Positions 36,889 to 47,267 of a stretch of DNA of 64,000 nt are shown here, piece after piece. How positions within the stretch are numbered: the stretch's first letter is position 1; the number at the start of each line of letters is the position of its first letter. Source of the DNA: a bacterium (lineage in GTDB: Bacteria; Patescibacteriota; Dojkabacteria; SC72); the NCBI GenBank assembly GCA_022840695.1, contig JALHDC010000002.1:25753-89752 (forward strand), in the 5' to 3' direction. A program made the position numbers and the translations under genes. A model generated the notes under the pieces. The model did no database searches. It was not told the DNA's origin and saw nothing but the letters and a program-made list of their open reading frames with translations.

Positions 36889-39069
36889 ATGAAAAAATAT
36901 TCAGAAAAAATAGAAGGAATGCACTGTGCAACATGTGCAATTAATATAAAAGATAGAATAGCTTCCTTGGATGGAGTCAGTAATGCAACAGTAAATTATG
37001 CTAGTAAACAAATTAATGTGGAATACGATGAGAAAAAAATAAACGAACAAGATTTTAAGAAGGAAATTAAAGATCTAGGTTATTTAGTCTCATCTAAATC
37101 AAATAAAGAAGAAAATAGCTATTTGAAGAAAGAAAGAAGAAAGCTCTACTTCCTTATTCCAATTGCTCTGTCTATTTTCTTTTTAATGATCTGGAATATG
37201 CTAATGATGGAAATTTTTAAAAATGATCAATTTATGATAGAAATAAAAATTTTTGATGAAATACTTTTTTTAATATCAAGTTTAGTTCTTCTAATAGCTG
37301 GAAGACCTTTCCTAAATGGGCTAACAAATTTCTTGAGCGGTAAAGGTGCAGATATGAATACCTTGATTGGACTAGGAACAGGTGCAGCATATATATACAG
37401 TACCATTATTCTAATATTGAGGTATTTCAATACCAATATCTATGTTGAAAATGTCTTGTACTTTGAAGCATTAATAATCGTAATTAGTTTTGTAGTTTGG
37501 GGGAAGTATTTAGAAGAAAAATCAAAAGCAAGTACAGGAAGTGCAATCAAGGAATTGGCAAGCCTACAATCTGTATCTGCAATACTATACAAAGATGGAA
37601 AGGAATTAGATATTAAAATTGAGGATATTAAAATAAATGACATCTTACTAGTTAAGCCTGGATCAAAAATCCCTACAGATGGATTAATAATAGATGGCGA
37701 TGCTTTAATAGATCAATCTATGCTAACAGGAGAACCTGTGCCTGTTTTGAAAAAAATAAACGAAAATGTATTTGGTGGAACAATTAATAAACAAGGTTTT
37801 TTAAAAATAAAAGCTACAAAGGTTGGAAAGGATACAGTACTAGCTAGAATCATTGAATTAGTTGAAAATGCTCAGAATTCAAGAGCACCAATAGAGAAAT
37901 TAGTGGATAAAATATCTAGAGTTTTTGTTCCATTAATAATAATTTTAGCAATACTTTCTTTCATTATTTGGACTATATCTGGAAATGTTTCAATGGGAAT
38001 ATCAGCTCTAGTTTCTACATTGGTCATAGCATGTCCCTGTGCTCTTGGATTAGCAACTCCTACAGCAATTATAGTAGGAGTAGGAAAGGGAGCAAAAAAT
38101 GGCATATTAATAAAAGATGTTGAGAAGATGCAAAATCTTAGTAATGTAGATACTATTGTTTTTGATAAAACAGGAACAATAACATATGGGAAGCCACAAG
38201 TTACAAAAATTATTACTACAAAGAATGAAGCGGAAATATTAACAATAGCAGCTTCCTTAGAATCAAAATCTCAACATCCCTTGGCATATGCTATGAAAGA
38301 GAAAACGAAAGAGTTAGGACTTAAGATCAAGCCAGTCAAAAATTTTAAAAATATTGATGGGAAAGGATTAGAGGGTATGATTGGAAATGAACAGTATTTT
38401 TTGGGAAGTCCTACGTATATAAAGAGTTTAAATATTGAAATAGATGATACAGATATTGATTCAACAGCTATCGTTTTAGCAGATAGAAAGAATGTACTCG
38501 CAAAAATATTTGTTGAAGATCAAATAAAGGAGGATGCAAAGGATACAATAAAACACATTCATTCATTAGGTATTAAGACTGTATTATTAAGTGGAGATAA
38601 TGAAAAAACTGTAAATAAGATAGCGAAATTCTTAAATATAGATGAATTTTATTCCAATGTTCTACCAGAAGACAAATCAAAAATAATTAATACTCTCAAA
38701 AAAGAGAAAACCATTGCTATGGTTGGAGATGGTATTAATGACGCTCCCGCTCTTGCCCTTGCAGATGTAGGGATTGCTATGGCAACAGGAACAGATATAG
38801 CCATTGAATCATCCGATATTATTTTATTAGGTGGGAATCTAGAGAAAATTCCAATGAGTATAAAGCTATCCAAAGATATAATGCTAACTATAAAGCAGAA
38901 TCTATTCTGGGCCTTTATATACAATATCATTGGAATTCCATTGGCAATGGGAGTTTTCTATCCAATATTTAAGATATTAATAAATCCTGCTTTTGCAGGA
39001 ATGGCTATGTCATTTAGCAGTATATCTGTTGTACTTAATTCGTTAAGACTTAAATTTAAAAAAGTATAG
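36889..39069 (+). CDS. copA: Cu(I)-translocating P1B-type ATPase
   Basis: GMHCATC, TGE, CPCALGLATP, DKTGT, GDGIND, YN..GIP. Confidence 0.95.
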   Translation: MKKYSEKIEGMHCATCAINIKDRIASLDGVSNATVNYASKQINVEYDEKKINEQDFKKEIKDLGYLVSSKSNKEENSYLKKERRKLYFLIPIALSIFFLMIWNMLMMEIFKNDQFMIEIKIFDEILFLISSLVLLIAGRPFLNGLTNFLSGKGADMNTLIGLGTGAAYIYSTIILILRYFNTNIYVENVLYFEALIIVISFVVWGKYLEEKSKASTGSAIKELASLQSVSAILYKDGKELDIKIEDIKINDILLVKPGSKIPTDGLIIDGDALIDQSMLTGEPVPVLKKINENVFGGTINKQGFLKIKATKVGKDTVLARIIELVENAQNSRAPIEKLVDKISRVFVPLIIILAILSFIIWTISGNVSMGISALVSTLVIACPCALGLATPTAIIVGVGKGAKNGILIKDVEKMQNLSNVDTIVFDKTGTITYGKPQVTKIITTKNEAEILTIAASLESKSQHPLAYAMKEKTKELGLKIKPVKNFKNIDGKGLEGMIGNEQYFLGSPTYIKSLNIEIDDTDIDSTAIVLADRKNVLAKIFVEDQIKEDAKDTIKHIHSLGIKTVLLSGDNEKTVNKIAKFLNIDEFYSNVLPEDKSKIINTLKKEKTIAMVGDGINDAPALALADVGIAMATGTDIAIESSDIILLGGNLEKIPMSIKLSKDIMLTIKQNLFWAFIYNIIGIPLAMGVFYPIFKILINPAFAGMAMSFSSISVVLNSLRLKFKKV

Positions 39070-39071
39070 TG

Positions 39072-40055
39072 ATGCTATCAAGAAAATATTATGTAAAAGG
39101 TATGCACTGTCCATCTTGTGAGATATATATTGAAAATAAACTAAAAGATATTGATTCTATATCCAATATAAAAAGTAACTATAAAAACCAAACAGTAACT
39201 TTTAATACGAATCAGCAATATCAAGAAAATACAGTTATAAATGAAATAAATAATCAAATAGAAAAGGATGGATATCAAATTCAAGCAGATTCATTAGAAA
39301 TAGGGAAAAGCAAACAAAATATTCTACTTCCACTATCTATTTCTATAATTATTATGCTTATATTTTATCTAATTCAAAAATATTTTCCTTTTGACATAAT
39401 TTCAGGATCAACAAATATATATTTAACATCTTTCCTTATTGGAGTATTAGCTTCTCTTTCTTCATGTATGGCAGTTGTTGGGAGCATAACAATATCTATG
39501 TCGACAAAATATAAAAACAGATCCTCAATCATTATTTTTCATATATCAAGAATCTTTTCCTTTTTTATACTTGGAGGAATTTTAGGCTTAATAGGTAGTA
39601 CTGTTTCTCTGTCAGATAATTTCTACCTTATTTCAGGTATCGTACTATTTTTTATAATGATAATTATGGGACTTAATTTATTAGATCTGTTTCCATTTGT
39701 AAAAAATTTACAACCAAAACTACCCAAGCAAATTACTTCAAAAACTTTTCGAAATAACACTTCCCCTTTGCTCTTAGGATTCTTAACATTCTTTCTACCA
39801 TGCGGGTTTACCCAATCAATGCAAATCTTAGCTATAAGTACTGGTGATATTATTATTTCATCGTTAACTATGCTCATTTTTGCTTTAGGAACCTTACCTA
39901 TATTAGGACTTCTTTCATTTGGCATTAGAATACTAAAAGAAAAAGTTGATACTCAAATACTTTTTAAAACTGCAGGATTTATTATTATCTTTTTCTCTTT
40001 GTACAATCTGATGTCATTACTTACATCTATTGGTATAATAGTAAATATATTTTAA
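39072..40055 (+). CDS. HMA domain + DsbD_2/TauE-like membrane protein
   Basis: GMHCPSC, SSCMAVVG, FLPCGFTQ, FALGTLP. Confidence 0.85.
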   Translation: MLSRKYYVKGMHCPSCEIYIENKLKDIDSISNIKSNYKNQTVTFNTNQQYQENTVINEINNQIEKDGYQIQADSLEIGKSKQNILLPLSISIIIMLIFYLIQKYFPFDIISGSTNIYLTSFLIGVLASLSSCMAVVGSITISMSTKYKNRSSIIIFHISRIFSFFILGGILGLIGSTVSLSDNFYLISGIVLFFIMIIMGLNLLDLFPFVKNLQPKLPKQITSKTFRNNTSPLLLGFLTFFLPCGFTQSMQILAISTGDIIISSLTMLIFALGTLPILGLLSFGIRILKEKVDTQILFKTAGFIIIFFSLYNLMSLLTSIGIIVNIF

Positions 40056-40068
40056 GCTTAAAGAATAT

Positions 40069-40335
40069 ATGAATACAGATACTACATCGATAAACTTCAA
40101 AAAAGTGAGAAGCTTGATGGATAAGATAATAAAGATGAAAGAGAGAGATGAATACTGCATAGATATAATGCAACAGAATCTTGCAGCAATTGGCCTACTT
40201 AAATCTGCTCATCAATCACTAATGGAAGATCATTTGCATCATTGCTTTCTAAAAGCAATTGATTCAAAAAATGAGAAGAAGAAACTTGAAATGATTGAGG
40301 AGATTCTTAAAGTAACAAAATTAGCAAATAAATAA
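40069..40335 (+). CDS. csoR: CsoR-family metal-sensing repressor
   Basis: YCIDIMQQNLAA...HLHHC (C-H-C ligands) within a copper operon. Confidence 0.85.
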   Translation: MNTDTTSINFKKVRSLMDKIIKMKERDEYCIDIMQQNLAAIGLLKSAHQSLMEDHLHHCFLKAIDSKNEKKKLEMIEEILKVTKLANK

Positions 40336-40336
40336 T

Positions 40337-41497
40337 ATGTACTATTTTGATAATTCAGCTACAACAAAGATAGATAAAGAGGTATTGGATGAAATGATGC
40401 CATATCTTACAGAAAAATTTGGAAATGCATCTACAATATATTCATTAGGAATAGAGAGTAGAACAGCTATATTGAATGGCAGAGAAAAAGTAGCCAAGGC
40501 ATTGGGATGTAGTAGTAAAGAAATATATTTCACTAGTTCTGGGACAGAGTCGGATAACTGGGCTTTAAAGGGAGTCGCATTTGCAAACAAAGATAAAGGA
40601 AAACATATAATAACAACGGCCATTGAGCATCATGCAATATTACATACTTGTGAATATTTAGAAAAACAAGGATTTGAAATAACATACCTCCCTGTAAAAG
40701 AGAATGGAATCATAGATATAGAAGTTCTGAAGAAAGAAATCCGAGAGGATACTATACTAATATCCATAATGACTGCAAATAATGAGATAGGAAGTATTCA
40801 ACCAATTGCAGAGATAGGAAAGATAGCTAAAGAGAAAGGTATATACTTCCATACAGATGCTGTACAGGCAGTAGGGAATATGAATATAGATGTTAATGAA
40901 TCAAATATTGATCTTCTTTCATTCTCAGGACATAAAATAAATGGACCTAAGGGAATAGGAGTATTGTACATAAGAGAGGGTGTAAACATAGACAACCTCC
41001 TTCACGGAGGAGGGCAGGAAAGAAGAAAAAGGGCAAGTACAGAAAATGTTGCTAGCATAGTTGGAATTGGTAAAGCAGTAGAGATTGCTACAAAAAATAT
41101 TGGAAAAAAGAGTGAATATTTAATTAATTTGAGAGAGAAATGTATAAAAGGGATATTAGATAAGATTCCAGATACAATTGTAAATGGTGATAGAGAAAAG
41201 AGATTGCCTGGAAATGTAAATGTATGCTTCAAATATATAGAAGGAGAATCTCTACTCTTACACTTAGATAAATTAGGAATATGTGCATCTAGTGGATCTG
41301 CATGTACCTCTGGAGAATTGAATCCCTCTCATGTACTTCTGGCAATTGGTCTACCTCATGAGATAGCACATGGATCATTAAGAATATCCATAGGAAAAAA
41401 TAATACAGAAGAAGAAATAGACTACATACTATCAGTATTACCTGATATTGTGCAGAAATTAAGAGATATGTCACCGTTATACATTAAAAACAAATAA
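40337..41497 (+). CDS. iscS: cysteine desulfurase (IscS/NifS)
   Basis: FDNSATT, HTDAVQ, SGHKINGPKG, SSGSACTS. Confidence 0.95.
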   Translation: MYYFDNSATTKIDKEVLDEMMPYLTEKFGNASTIYSLGIESRTAILNGREKVAKALGCSSKEIYFTSSGTESDNWALKGVAFANKDKGKHIITTAIEHHAILHTCEYLEKQGFEITYLPVKENGIIDIEVLKKEIREDTILISIMTANNEIGSIQPIAEIGKIAKEKGIYFHTDAVQAVGNMNIDVNESNIDLLSFSGHKINGPKGIGVLYIREGVNIDNLLHGGGQERRKRASTENVASIVGIGKAVEIATKNIGKKSEYLINLREKCIKGILDKIPDTIVNGDREKRLPGNVNVCFKYIEGESLLLHLDKLGICASSGSACTSGELNPSHVLLAIGLPHEIAHGSLRISIGKNNTEEEIDYILSVLPDIVQKLRDMSPLYIKNK

Positions 41498-41499
41498 AT

Positions 41500-41877
41500 A
41501 TGGAAAATTATAGCGAGAAAGTTATGGATCACTTCATGAATCCCAGAAATGTAGGAGAGATTAAAGATGCAAACGGGATAGGAGAGGTAGGAAATCCAAG
41601 GTGTGGAGATATTATGAAGATGTATATAAAAGTAAAGAATAATAAGATAGAGGATGTAAAATTCTTAACTTTTGGATGTGGAGCAGCTGTAGCTACTAGC
41701 AGTATGATTACAGAATTAATAAAAGGAAAGACATTAGAAGAAGCTCTAGATATATCAAATAGACAGGTAGCAGAAGCACTAAATGGATTACCTCCTGTTA
41801 AAATGCACTGTTCTAATCTAGCAGAACAAGCTGTAAAAGCAGCAATAGAAGATTACAAGAAGAAAAATGAGAAATAA
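41500..41877 (+). CDS. iscU: Fe-S cluster scaffold (IscU/NifU-N)
   Basis: PRNVG, CGD, FGCG, LPPVKMHCS. Confidence 0.95.
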   Translation: MENYSEKVMDHFMNPRNVGEIKDANGIGEVGNPRCGDIMKMYIKVKNNKIEDVKFLTFGCGAAVATSSMITELIKGKTLEEALDISNRQVAEALNGLPPVKMHCSNLAEQAVKAAIEDYKKKNEK

Positions 41878-42892
41878 AAAAGTACTCCTAGGTATGAGTG
41901 GAGGAGTAGATAGCTCTGTAGCTGCATACCTACTTAAAAAGAAAGGATATGAAGTAATAGGTGCTACTCTCCAAATGACAGATATTAAAGATACCGATGC
42001 TAAAAAAGTATGTGAATACCTTGGCATACAACATATATACATAGATAGAAGAGAAGAATTTAGAAAGGAAATAATTAATTATTTTTTAAATGAATACAAA
42101 GAGGGTAGAACTCCAAACCCCTGCACTCTATGTAATAGAAAAATAAAATTTAAAACTTTAATACAGGAAGCTAACAAATTGAATTGTAATTATATATCAA
42201 CTGGTCATTATGCAAGAGTAGCAAAAAAAGGTAATAGATATCTACTTAAAAAAGGTAAAGATAAAACAAAAGATCAAAGTTATGTACTATTCAATCTCAC
42301 TCAAGATCAATTAAGTAGATGTATATTTCCATTAGGTAATACAACAAAGAAAAGAATTAGAAATATAGCTAAAGATTTGAAATTAGAAATAGCAGAAAAA
42401 AAGGATAGCCAAGAAATATGCTTCATCCCAGATAATGATCATAATAGCTATATTAAAAACAATAGCTCTGAAAAATTTAAGAATGGGGATATTGTAGATA
42501 AAGAAGGCAATATATTAGGAAAACATAATGGAATATTCAATTACACAATAGGACAAAGAAAAGGTATTAAAATATCTTCTAAAGATCCTCTCTATGTTGT
42601 AGATATAGATGTAAAAAGAAATCAAATAGTAGTTGGAAATGAAGATGAAATATATAAAAATAAATTGATTGCAACTAATATTAACTGGATCGGTATTGAA
42701 GAATTAAGAAAAGAGATGAATGTGAAAGCAAAAATAAGATATAGTGGGAAAGAGTCTAAGTGTAAAGTATCTAAGATAGAAAATGACAAAGTATTAGTAG
42801 AATTTGATCAAGAACAACGGGCTATAACTTCTGGACAATCTGTAGTTTTTTACAAAAGAGATATTGTACTAGGGGGAGGAATAATTCTTTAG
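41867..42892 (+). CDS. mnmA: tRNA 2-thiouridine synthase
   Basis: SGGVDS, TPNPCTLCN, KDQSY, DSQEICF. Confidence 0.96.
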   Translation: MRNKKVLLGMSGGVDSSVAAYLLKKKGYEVIGATLQMTDIKDTDAKKVCEYLGIQHIYIDRREEFRKEIINYFLNEYKEGRTPNPCTLCNRKIKFKTLIQEANKLNCNYISTGHYARVAKKGNRYLLKKGKDKTKDQSYVLFNLTQDQLSRCIFPLGNTTKKRIRNIAKDLKLEIAEKKDSQEICFIPDNDHNSYIKNNSSEKFKNGDIVDKEGNILGKHNGIFNYTIGQRKGIKISSKDPLYVVDIDVKRNQIVVGNEDEIYKNKLIATNINWIGIEELRKEMNVKAKIRYSGKESKCKVSKIENDKVLVEFDQEQRAITSGQSVVFYKRDIVLGGGIIL

Positions 42893-42968
42893 GAACTCTA
42901 TTTCACAATCTTCTGTATTTTTATATAATTCACAAGCTTTTCATATTCTTTTACAAGGAGGCATACTG

Positions 42969-43103
42969 TTGTCTGACAAGAACGATTTCGTTAAAGAAAA
43001 GAACGGTAGGGAGAAAGAAAATATACAAACTTCTCTTATAGAGAAAAGGAAATACGAAATAAAAAACAAAGCAAGAAAAAAGAATGAAGAAAAGAAAAAG
43101 TAA
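42969..43103 (+). CDS. 44-aa Lys/Glu-rich peptide not in the ORF track
   Basis: TTCACA-16-TATAAT, AAGGAGG, TTG start, TAA at 43103, followed by a long hairpin. Confidence 0.5.
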   Translation: MSDKNDFVKEKNGREKENIQTSLIEKRKYEIKNKARKKNEEKKK

Positions 43104-43220
43104 AACCTGCTCCATGAGTGGGCCTATATTAGATTTCATTTCATATATATAGGCTCACTTAAAATTTTTACTTACATAAAAGATATAGTATATTGTATAA
43201 GTAACATAAATATATCAAAC

Positions 43221-43949
43221 ATGAGAAAAGAAATAATTCTTAAAATATTAATCTTCCTATTACTCACTACTACCATTGCAGTAAATGCTTTAGCCAATAT
43301 TGTACCGATAAATGGAATTACTACTGGTGAAGTATCTAATGCAATACCCATATATTTTGTACCTTCAGGATATGTTTTTGGTATTTGGGGATTCATATAT
43401 ATATCATTACTCTTCTATGCTTTTTACATATTTAAAGATTTCCAAAAAGAAGATAAAAAGATATTCCCATGGTTTGTTATTGGAAGTTTAAGTAATTCTA
43501 TTTGGATAGTTCTTTGGCATTATAAATTTATATATTTAAGTATATTACCAATGCTACTACTCCTTTCATCACTCATTGCGATATATAACATTACAGATAC
43601 AGAAGAGTATTCCAAATTAAAAAGAATTCCTTTTCAAATATATTTAGGCTGGATATCTGTAGCTACCATTGCAAATATATCTGGAGCTTTACACATTAGT
43701 CAATGGAACGGTTTTGGTATTCCAGAACAGATATGGGCAGTTATAATGATTGGAATTGCTACTAAATTAGCAATTTTAGTGACATCCATGAAAAAAGATG
43801 TTTTCTACTCACTTGTCATAATATGGGCAATTATAGGGATATTGGTTAATTTCTTTTCCAAATCGGATTTATTAACCGGAGCTTGTCTAGTATCCATAAT
43901 GGCAATATTTATGAATATCTTTACTGTGATATATATAAAAAAGACTTAG
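43221..43949 (+). CDS. TspO/MBR-related tryptophan-rich membrane protein
   Basis: VNALAN...FVPSGYVFGIWGFIY...IYLGWISVATIAN. Confidence 0.8.
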   Translation: MRKEIILKILIFLLLTTTIAVNALANIVPINGITTGEVSNAIPIYFVPSGYVFGIWGFIYISLLFYAFYIFKDFQKEDKKIFPWFVIGSLSNSIWIVLWHYKFIYLSILPMLLLLSSLIAIYNITDTEEYSKLKRIPFQIYLGWISVATIANISGALHISQWNGFGIPEQIWAVIMIGIATKLAILVTSMKKDVFYSLVIIWAIIGILVNFFSKSDLLTGACLVSIMAIFMNIFTVIYIKKT

Positions 43950-43961
43950 TTATTAAATTAA

Positions 43962-45446
43962 TTGAAAAAGAAATTAGAGAAGAAAATATACAGAATTTCA
44001 GAGATCCTCTTCTTTATTGTTCTTCTACTATTCACAGCTTTGTCTAGTTACTCTTTCTTTAAATATCAAAAGATTATTCAATCCTTACAAGCTACTAAAG
44101 TTGATTTCAAAAATTTTCCAAAAGCAAAGTTTGAATATGCCAAACCATTACCATTCGAGCTAAATATACTTCCATCTGATTTTTCTGATTTCATAGATAA
44201 ATATAATTTAGATATCAAAAGAGAACACATTGTCTCATTTCTCAATACTGGTTCCTTTTTCTATCCTAAAGATACATATCCCAAAAATATAGATCTTTTT
44301 AATGAATATTCAGAACTTGCAAATATCAATAATGAGATTTTCCTTTCTTCAAATATTTTAAATATGTATTTTGAAAATCAATATACAAATATTACAGAAG
44401 GATCAAAGAATCTAGAGAGAGAGGGAAGGGAGATAGAAGCTGATGTAAATATTGAAATCGAAAAAGATTCGGAAGTACTAAATTATCTAAGTAATCATCT
44501 AACATACCTGAAATCTTTAAATAAAGAATATGAATCATTAGAGAATCAAGTAAAAGCTTTATTGAATTATTCTGAAGGAAACAATGAGGACATATTAAAT
44601 ATAATTAAGAATCTTCCAACAATTGAATTAAAAGAAAATCAGGAATACGGATATTTAATATCATTACATAATAATCAATTAGTCATATCTCCATATATAG
44701 CAGAAGAGAATGATTTTGTAATAGATAACGAAAACTTTTCAAAAGGTTATGATATTGAGCCAACAACACAACTTGCAGGCTCTATTAGAATACCTGTACT
44801 TATGTTCCATCAAATAGCATATATTCCTAATACTGAAAGTACATTTAAACAAGGTTTATATATTATTCCCGAAGTTTTTGAACAACAGATAGCATATTTA
44901 ACAAAGAAAAATTACAGAAGTATATCTACAGAAGAATTTTTTAATATTCTAAAAACAGGCAAAAATCCTACACAAAAAACAATTGTCTTAACCTTTGATG
45001 ATTCTGTAGAAAATCATTTTACCACTGCATATCCCATTTTAAAAAAGTATGGGCAAACTGGAGTGTTTTTTGTTGTATCACATAGAAGCTCAATAACAGC
45101 AGAGCAATTAAAAGAGATGTCTAATAATGGTATGGATATAGAATCTCATACATCAATGCATCCTGATTTAACTAAGTTAACTTCTGATTCCGAATTAACA
45201 TCTGAGATAGCTGGGAGTAGGTCTGCACTCAGTAGCATTACAGGAAAGAGTGTTAATGCTATTGCATATCCTGGATGTGTAGCCAATACAAATGTATATA
45301 GCAAAGTACAAGGTTCTGGATATTTAACAGGATTCTCTTGTGGAAGAAAAATAGATCATTACTACATTAATAGATTCTCTATTTCCAGAACACATGTATC
45401 TAATTCATTGGAATCATTAAAAATCATACTGTCCGGTAGATATTAG
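43962..45446 (+). CDS. membrane-anchored polysaccharide deacetylase (CE4)
   Basis: IPVLMFH, LTFDD, SHTSMHPDL, IAYPG. Confidence 0.88.
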   Translation: MKKKLEKKIYRISEILFFIVLLLFTALSSYSFFKYQKIIQSLQATKVDFKNFPKAKFEYAKPLPFELNILPSDFSDFIDKYNLDIKREHIVSFLNTGSFFYPKDTYPKNIDLFNEYSELANINNEIFLSSNILNMYFENQYTNITEGSKNLEREGREIEADVNIEIEKDSEVLNYLSNHLTYLKSLNKEYESLENQVKALLNYSEGNNEDILNIIKNLPTIELKENQEYGYLISLHNNQLVISPYIAEENDFVIDNENFSKGYDIEPTTQLAGSIRIPVLMFHQIAYIPNTESTFKQGLYIIPEVFEQQIAYLTKKNYRSISTEEFFNILKTGKNPTQKTIVLTFDDSVENHFTTAYPILKKYGQTGVFFVVSHRSSITAEQLKEMSNNGMDIESHTSMHPDLTKLTSDSELTSEIAGSRSALSSITGKSVNAIAYPGCVANTNVYSKVQGSGYLTGFSCGRKIDHYYINRFSISRTHVSNSLESLKIILSGRY

Positions 45447-45448
45447 AT

Positions 45449-45832
45449 CTACATTCTGATCTCCCATAATCCATGGATATTACAATATGCTCTAACTATA
45501 TAGCTATCTGATTCTACAAAATCAAATACTGCTTGAGGTTTTTCACTTGGTTTCAGAAATTTTCTAAAAGAAACACCATTTACAATATATTCAATCCATT
45601 CAATATAGTGAGCATCTTCCATTGGATGAGGGATATCACCTATATTTACAATCAATTTACTATCTTCAAACGATAGTGATGGAAGATGTTTTTCGAATCC
45701 TTGATCTTGATCATGTTCTACTTGCAATGTCATTGGCTTATCACAACATACCAAGGTACCAGTTCCTGAATGTATAACATTAACCATATTTCCGCATATT
45801 TCACATTTATATATTTGATGTAATTCTGTCAT
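45449..45832 (-). CDS. desulfoferrodoxin (superoxide reductase)
   Basis: YKCEICGN...CC, EKHLP, HPM...HYIEWI, YCNIHGLW. Confidence 0.95.
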   Translation of the reverse strand: MTELHQIYKCEICGNMVNVIHSGTGTLVCCDKPMTLQVEHDQDQGFEKHLPSLSFEDSKLIVNIGDIPHPMEDAHYIEWIEYIVNGVSFRKFLKPSEKPQAVFDFVESDSYIVRAYCNIHGLWEIRM

Positions 45833-45931
45833 ACATATGTATCTTAATTTATGTAATTCAGTATATATTAATTATTGAAAATTGTTAACCTATGAGTATA
45901 ATATACTACAGTAAATTGAATATAAAAAAAT

Positions 45932-46234
45932 ATGGCTAAAAGATTGTACAGATCAGAAACAGATAAAATAATTGGTGGAGTATGTGGAGGTATTGCTGAA
46001 TATCTAAATATTGATTCAGTTATTATAAGAGTTTTGTTTATATTAGCTTTGATTTCAGAAGGATTTGGTTTAATGCTTTATATAATACTCTGGGTTGTGT
46101 TACCTACAAAAGAAAATATTGATAAAGATCCAGAAGAAGTTATACAGAAGAATACAGAGGAAATAAAAAAGAATGTGGTTAAAGCTACTAAAGGTATCAG
46201 GAAGGAAGTAAAATCTGATACAAAGAAAAAATAA
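45932..46234 (+). CDS. PspC domain protein
   Basis: KRLYRSETDKIIGGVCGGIAEY. Confidence 0.92.
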   Translation: MAKRLYRSETDKIIGGVCGGIAEYLNIDSVIIRVLFILALISEGFGLMLYIILWVVLPTKENIDKDPEEVIQKNTEEIKKNVVKATKGIRKEVKSDTKKK

Positions 46235-46251
46235 TTTAAGTAATAAAATAT

Positions 46252-47256
46252 ATGGCAGAACCAATAAAAGAAAAAAAGGATATTGTATTTGCAATATTTC
46301 TGATATTCATAGGAGCCCTATTCCTACTAAACACAACAGGAGTAGTAGGATGGGGGATATGGGAATATATATTAAGATTTTGGCCTGTATTTCTAATATT
46401 AGGTGGTATTAGATTGATTTTAGGTTATTCTGTCATTACCGAAATTATAATCTCTGTAATTGCATTAATTCTCTTTGCATTAATTGGGATATTCTCATAC
46501 ATATCCTTTAGTTCAAATTCTTTACCATTTGTACCAAATTGCATGAATGAATACATATTGAAAAATTCTAATTGGCTTACATACAAGAGTTCTGACATGG
46601 TAGAAGATGAGACATTTGTAAATACTGAGGATTATGATGGTGTAACAAAAAGAAATTTGAATATCAAAGTCGGAGCATCTCAATTTACTTTAAATGATAA
46701 TGAAGAAGATAAGTTACTAAAACTTAATTCTAAGTATGTTGAAAATTACATAGAGCCGTCATTGGAAAGTGAAAAAGTTGAAGATACGGTTAATATTTCT
46801 TTTAATACAGTATCACCTAATACAATTAGATTTTGGGATAGTAGGAAATCTCCAGAGTTCAATTTCACTCTAGGAAAGATAGATTTAATTACTGATATAA
46901 ATATGATATTAGGAGCCGGGAAAGGAGAAGTTGATTTGGAATTGGTTAAACTTGATGAAGTATCAGCACAGGTAGGGGCTGGACAAATGATAATCAAATT
47001 AAACAAATCCTCCATTCCTTCAAAACTTAATTTAGATGTAGGTGCTGGAGAAATTATACTTCTACTTCCTGAGGAGATTGGATACAAATTATCGTACGAT
47101 TTAGGAGTAGGGGAAATTACCCAAAATGATGAAAAGATAGCAGAATTCTTAGGTAAAAATTCCGATTATGAATCAGAAAATTATCAAGAAGCTGAAATAA
47201 AATTAGAAATAGTAGCTAGAGTAGGAGTAGGTTCTTTAGAAATAAATAATATTTAA
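46252..47256 (+). CDS. LiaF/DUF5668-like membrane protein with beta-solenoid domain
   Basis: FWPVFLILGG and repeated VGAG motifs. Confidence 0.75.
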   Translation: MAEPIKEKKDIVFAIFLIFIGALFLLNTTGVVGWGIWEYILRFWPVFLILGGIRLILGYSVITEIIISVIALILFALIGIFSYISFSSNSLPFVPNCMNEYILKNSNWLTYKSSDMVEDETFVNTEDYDGVTKRNLNIKVGASQFTLNDNEEDKLLKLNSKYVENYIEPSLESEKVEDTVNISFNTVSPNTIRFWDSRKSPEFNFTLGKIDLITDINMILGAGKGEVDLELVKLDEVSAQVGAGQMIIKLNKSSIPSKLNLDVGAGEIILLLPEEIGYKLSYDLGVGEITQNDEKIAEFLGKNSDYESENYQEAEIKLEIVARVGVGSLEINNI

Positions 47257-47267
47257 TTATAAAAAAA

